A stretch of DNA of 64,000 bases from positions 122,460-186,459 of the forward strand of contig CAVYSW010000005.1 of assembly GCA_963771275.1 (NCBI GenBank), in the 5' to 3' direction. The position numbers and the translations under genes were made by a program. Positions 60,254 through 64,000 of the stretch are shown here, in pieces; positions within the stretch are counted from its first letter, which is position 1, and each line of letters begins with the position of its first letter. Source of the stretch: an uncultured Gemmatimonadales bacterium. Lineage in GTDB: Bacteria; Gemmatimonadota; Gemmatimonadetes; Gemmatimonadales; GWC2-71-9. The notes beneath the pieces are model-generated. The model saw only the letters and a program-made list of their open reading frames with translations, did no database searches and had not been told where the DNA came from.

Positions 60254-62210
60254 CACGGGCGGTGCGAAGGTGGTACGCACCTACCAGTACAACGCGCGAG
60301 GTCAGCGCCTCATGGTTTCCGACGCAGTTTCTGGCGTCACTCTGAGTGGAGGGGAGGGCTCGGGGAGCATTGGGTACACCTATGACGCCATCACTGCGCG
60401 GCTCGCATCGACACTCGGCAGCGCGGATGGAGTGCCGTTTGCCCGAGTCGACTGGCAGTACGATCGGGGAGGCCGGGACACACTGCGCTCGGTACAGCTC
60501 TACACGAGCGGCTTGCCCGGGAGTTTGTTGAGTACCGTGACGCGGTACGATGCGGAGGGACGCCTTAGCTACACGAACACGGCTTCGAATCATGGATGGT
60601 ATTCGTTCCAGACCAACGGCAACTCGTACAACGCGTCGGACGATCTGCTGTACCAGTATGGTGTTCAGCCCGGGCTCATCGGAGGTCAGACGTACTCGTA
60701 CAGCTTCAACCACACGTACGCGACCGACGGGACCAAACGCCTAATCGAGTCTGTGAAGGGCTGGGACGGCCACTCGCGATACACCGACTACGTGTGGACC
60801 TACGATGTCTTCGGCAACCGGATCCGTGAGGAGCCCTTCTTGTACACGGGGGAGCGGCAGGACTGCCCGGTGGACAGCATCGAGGTCGGAGCTGGGAACG
60901 AACTTCTCCGCACGGAATGCACGTCGAACCACCACGCCTCGCGGTACGGCAATGACTGGGCTGGCAACCGTCTGTATCAGATCGACAGCGTGCCAAGTGG
61001 CGCGCCGACCTTGCAGAGCGTCATGTCGTATACGGCGGCCAACCAACTGTTCTTCGCGATGAGCCCCACGCCGATCGCGGGCGACTACGACTACACGTGG
61101 CATTGGTACGACGGCAGCGGGCTGCGCGAGTTGAGCGCGGTGCAGAGTGGGCAGACGTACAACCCGCAGAGCCCGCCGGCGCCCGGAACCGGTCCGTACA
61201 GCTACTACGTGTACGACGGGAACGACGTGCAACTCGCCCTCCGGCGTTCAGGCTCGACGTGGCGGCTTGAACATCGCTACTTGGTCGGTGGCGTCGATCA
61301 GCCACTCGCGGGGCGATTCACCGACTTTCAGGGGAGCAAGAGGAACCTGGCTCTTGTGTCCGACATACAAGGGACTACGCTCGCCGCGATGCGGAGCGAT
61401 GGCACCCAAGAGTATCAGACGAGCCTCTACAGCCGGAACCCGTTCGGGCGTCTCGAGGGTGCGGGGGTGGCAGGCGACCTCAATGTGCAGACCGGCTTTA
61501 CCGGGGCTAGCACACCCAACCAGACCGGGGGCTTCACCTACCTACGGAACCGGTGGTATGATCCTAACACGGGTCGATTCCTGACCCAGGATCCGATCGG
61601 GCTCGCGGGCGGGGTGAATCTGTACGCGTATGCGGGGAACAATCCGGTAGCGTTCATCGATCCCTTAGGGCTCAAGGTGCACTTGGCAGGTGGCAGGGAA
61701 CGGCAGGCCTACGAACAGGGCAAGGCTCAGATGACGGCGTGCGCAAACAGCGCTCAGGACGGGCCGTGCAACGCCCAGGAGGCCAACGACGCCGCACAGG
61801 GGCTTGCGTACCTCGCGGCTGCTGAGGCGGACCCCACGATGCACATCGTCATCAAGTTCAAGCCTCTCAAGGGCAGTCCGTTTGGGGTCGAGGCCCTCTC
61901 GGACTTTGACCGCGTGGTCTACCTGGACCCCGGTAACGAATCTGCGTTCGGGCGGGATCGCGACAAGGCGTCGTACGACCTCGCCTCCGTCGTCGTCCAC
62001 GAAGTGCACGAAGCGTACGGTGCGATGACCCAGTTTGGAAACCGTCTCCTCAGCGGGGAGGAATACCGTCGGGTGCACGACCCTGCGGTCCGTTATGCTG
62101 AAAACCCTGCCTTGCTTGGTGGAGGATTCTCGACGCGGACATCGCGCTCACCTGGCTGCAATGTTGGGCTTCGCCCGAACCCCCTCGGTTCGCGGAGGGT
62201 CTGTCCATGA
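60252..62210 (+). CDS. 5'-truncated RHS repeat protein with zincin-like C-terminal toxin domain
   Basis: YD repeats, RWYDPNTGRFLTQDPIGLAGGVNLYAYAGNNP..FIDPLGL core end; C-terminal VVVHEVHEAY...H..A...EN. Confidence 0.85.
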   Translation: MTGGAKVVRTYQYNARGQRLMVSDAVSGVTLSGGEGSGSIGYTYDAITARLASTLGSADGVPFARVDWQYDRGGRDTLRSVQLYTSGLPGSLLSTVTRYDAEGRLSYTNTASNHGWYSFQTNGNSYNASDDLLYQYGVQPGLIGGQTYSYSFNHTYATDGTKRLIESVKGWDGHSRYTDYVWTYDVFGNRIREEPFLYTGERQDCPVDSIEVGAGNELLRTECTSNHHASRYGNDWAGNRLYQIDSVPSGAPTLQSVMSYTAANQLFFAMSPTPIAGDYDYTWHWYDGSGLRELSAVQSGQTYNPQSPPAPGTGPYSYYVYDGNDVQLALRRSGSTWRLEHRYLVGGVDQPLAGRFTDFQGSKRNLALVSDIQGTTLAAMRSDGTQEYQTSLYSRNPFGRLEGAGVAGDLNVQTGFTGASTPNQTGGFTYLRNRWYDPNTGRFLTQDPIGLAGGVNLYAYAGNNPVAFIDPLGLKVHLAGGRERQAYEQGKAQMTACANSAQDGPCNAQEANDAAQGLAYLAAAEADPTMHIVIKFKPLKGSPFGVEALSDFDRVVYLDPGNESAFGRDRDKASYDLASVVVHEVHEAYGAMTQFGNRLLSGEEYRRVHDPAVRYAENPALLGGGFSTRTSRSPGCNVGLRPNPLGSRRVCP

Positions 62211-62872
62211 CGGCTCTGCCCCTGCTGGTCCTGGCGTTCGAGGCCGCGGCTGGCGCCATGAGTTCGAGAGCGGAAGGAGCGTCGGTGCAGGGTGATTCGG
62301 CGCGATGTGCGCACCTCGACGGTCGCCCTTCGGTCCGGCGAGTGCAAACGAGTTCGGCCTTCGGTTCGGCTATTCGCGCTTTGCGCTCCACGTTACGAGC
62401 GTCGTTCCCACAGGAGCGTGGTGTCTTGGTTGGCGCCAGACTGGACGAGCTCTGCGGGTCGATGAAGATCGTCCAGAACGGGCTCTTTGACCTTGGCCCG
62501 GTCGTCTATTTCGAAATCGGTCTTGCTGGGGAGGCTCAGGTGGTCGCGTTCGGGGTTGGAGAGCGCGAGGTCGTGTTGCTTAACCCGATGTACGAAGGCC
62601 GACTCACAGCCGGCCTGTCCACGGAGGCATGGAACCGTTTCGCTGACTCGGCACCGGAGAGAGCCGGTCGGGATGAGCTATGGGCCATCGCCTATGCCTG
62701 CCTCCTGAACCGGCTTTCGCGGAACATGGATCCGGCCGGCCTCTGTCAGGGGGAGGAGGGAATGACTATTCGGCCGCAGGGGCAGGGTTGGGTCGTCACT
62801 CTGCAGCGGCTCGGCGCGAGTATCACCTTGTCGAACACAGGTCGGTTGCTTGTCATGAACGAACCGCCGTGA
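62207..62872 (+). CDS. Hypothetical protein, putative cognate immunity protein
   Basis: ATGA overlap with RHS stop; signal-like N-terminus; assignment is positional. Confidence 0.55.
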   Translation: MTALPLLVLAFEAAAGAMSSRAEGASVQGDSARCAHLDGRPSVRRVQTSSAFGSAIRALRSTLRASFPQERGVLVGARLDELCGSMKIVQNGLFDLGPVVYFEIGLAGEAQVVAFGVGEREVVLLNPMYEGRLTAGLSTEAWNRFADSAPERAGRDELWAIAYACLLNRLSRNMDPAGLCQGEEGMTIRPQGQGWVVTLQRLGASITLSNTGRLLVMNEPP

Positions 62873-63145
62873 TCCACACCTACGGCCGTGGTTATTCGCG
62901 GCGCCACGAAGTCGTCAGGGCCCGACAGTACGGTCCGAGCTGCCTCGTGGAGTTGCGTGCCGACACCGCCCACCTCAGATCGGTTAGATCGCCCATCGCT
63001 GGAAGGTCGGACATCGGCCAAGGCGCTCGCTGATTCCATGTAGCTGCGCGCGCTGAATCGGATTCGCGAGCGTCTCGGTGCTTCGGGGGGGCGCCTCGGG
63101 CCTTCTCTCACGACGAGATGTGATGCTTCGATTGGGGCGGCCAGC

Positions 63146-63778
63146 TTCCTGACCCAGGATCCGATCGGGTTCGCGGGGGGCGTGAATCTCTATGCGTACG
63201 CTGGTTCGAACCCGATTTCTTATTCCGATCCGTTTGGCTTGTGTTCACCGAGACCTTGGTGTTGGGCCCAGGAGTCCGCGGAGTATTGGGCGGGGCGTGC
63301 AGCTTCATCACGTGGCGTGAGCGCGCTTGGCAACAATCTCATGGGCGGTTTGGCAACCCTAGTCTCCGATCCGGGGCGTGCCGCGCTCACGGGGCTCACA
63401 CTCGCCTCTGGTGGAGTTGCGGCGGGCCTCATCGGCCGAGGTGGAGCTGCTGCATTGGGCACCGGCGCAGCCGCCGACGCAAGTGCAGCAGGGACCAGCG
63501 AACTCGCGGGGACGCTTCGTCAAGGCCTCGAGTACGCGCTCGATCCGAACAAGCTGAACCATTTCTTTGGCAACGCGGAGCACGGGCTCGCGGGATTAGT
63601 TGAGCAGCTCGGGAGCCGGGAAGCTGTGGTTACGGAAGCCGTCAAGGGACTAGTCGGAGAAGGCATCCCAGCCGCAGGAAGGTTCAGCGTTCTTCGGGAG
63701 ATAGCTGGTCAGACTGTTCGGTTCTCGGGTGCCGTCGTTGACGGCGTCGCTAAGATCGGCACCATGTACGTTCCGTGA
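63146..63778 (+). CDS. Orphan RHS core fragment plus alternative C-terminal toxin
   Basis: FLTQDPIGFAGGVNLYAYAGSNP.SYSDPFGL then a different C-terminus ending NKLNHFFG..EH...GAVVDGVAKIGTMYVP; GTG at 63182 lacks a clear RBS. Confidence 0.8.
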   Translation, partial: FLTQDPIGFAGGVNLYAYAGSNPISYSDPFGLCSPRPWCWAQESAEYWAGRAASSRGVSALGNNLMGGLATLVSDPGRAALTGLTLASGGVAAGLIGRGGAAALGTGAAADASAAGTSELAGTLRQGLEYALDPNKLNHFFGNAEHGLAGLVEQLGSREAVVTEAVKGLVGEGIPAAGRFSVLREIAGQTVRFSGAVVDGVAKIGTMYVP

Positions 63779-63784
63779 GGCCCA

Positions 63785-64000
63785 ATGACTGGTCATGGAA
63801 GTTCCGATGTAGTCGAGACAGCAGCTCGCTTGCACGCAAGTCTAAGCGAGACCACTTCCGCCGATGACCTTGTGAGATTGGCGATCCTGCTAACTGAGTC
63901 TTCATCGCGATGACGAGGCGATCAAGTTGCTCAATCGCGCGTTGGAGAAGGACCCAGACAACGATGCAGCTGCGCTCTGGTTCGGTTACGCAGCTATCCA
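63785..64000 (+). CDS. Putative TPR-like immunity protein; frameshift near 63901; runs off the window
   Basis: ATG 6 bp after toxin stop; MTGHGSS...LAILLTE then, in a shifted frame, HRDDEAIKLLNRALEKDPDNDAAALWFGY. Confidence 0.55.

Noticed and set aside
62873..63145. Short ORFs between the first immunity candidate and the orphan RHS module
   Set aside because: No consistent frame or recognisable motif; probably degenerate spacer sequence.
59815..64000. Prophage or integrative element at the right end
   Set aside because: No integrase, transposase, tRNA or att repeat visible within the window; only the junction and composition shift are supportable.

Overview
High-GC bacterial chromosomal segment. 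The gene repertoire (many TonB-dependent receptors with carboxypeptidase-regulatory-like N-termini, a membrane Ser/Thr kinase with TPRs, S9/S46/M14/M28 peptidases) suggests Gemmatimonadota, but that is inference. About 47 CDS or CDS fragments can be supported; I see no rRNA, tRNA, CRISPR array, integrase or transposase. Main blocks: (1) a purF-like gene lacking the N-terminal catalytic Cys, an S9 peptidase, and an Oar-type TonB receptor with a C-terminal LTxxQ (Spy/CpxP-like) tail; (2) a 7-gene operon at 12670-19960 (Tat TIM-barrel isomerase, ApbE, DoxX, Tat Gfo/Idh/MocA, NHS-type MFS, second Gfo, DUF1080) resembling 3-keto-glycoside catabolism, where the Tat Gfo enzyme carries an ApbE-type flavinylation motif (DAVTSAT); this is the best candidate for a novel system; (3) an unexplained putative lipid-modification cluster at 19947-24457; (4) OmpA with TSP3 repeats and ProX; (5) a TonB receptor-S46-galM-GH2-GH38 locus; (6) cytochrome c peroxidase, an internally deleted cspA next to rpsU, a four-domain multicopper oxidase, and cydAB followed by a TonB receptor; (7) permease, kinase, Fe-S protein, GNAT, TerC, and a frameshifted M14 peptidase; (8) from about 60250, a compositionally distinct RHS toxin/immunity region joined head-to-head to an orphan pepD 3' fragment. 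Several single-base frameshifts may be sequencing errors. All family assignments come from motif recognition, not database searches.
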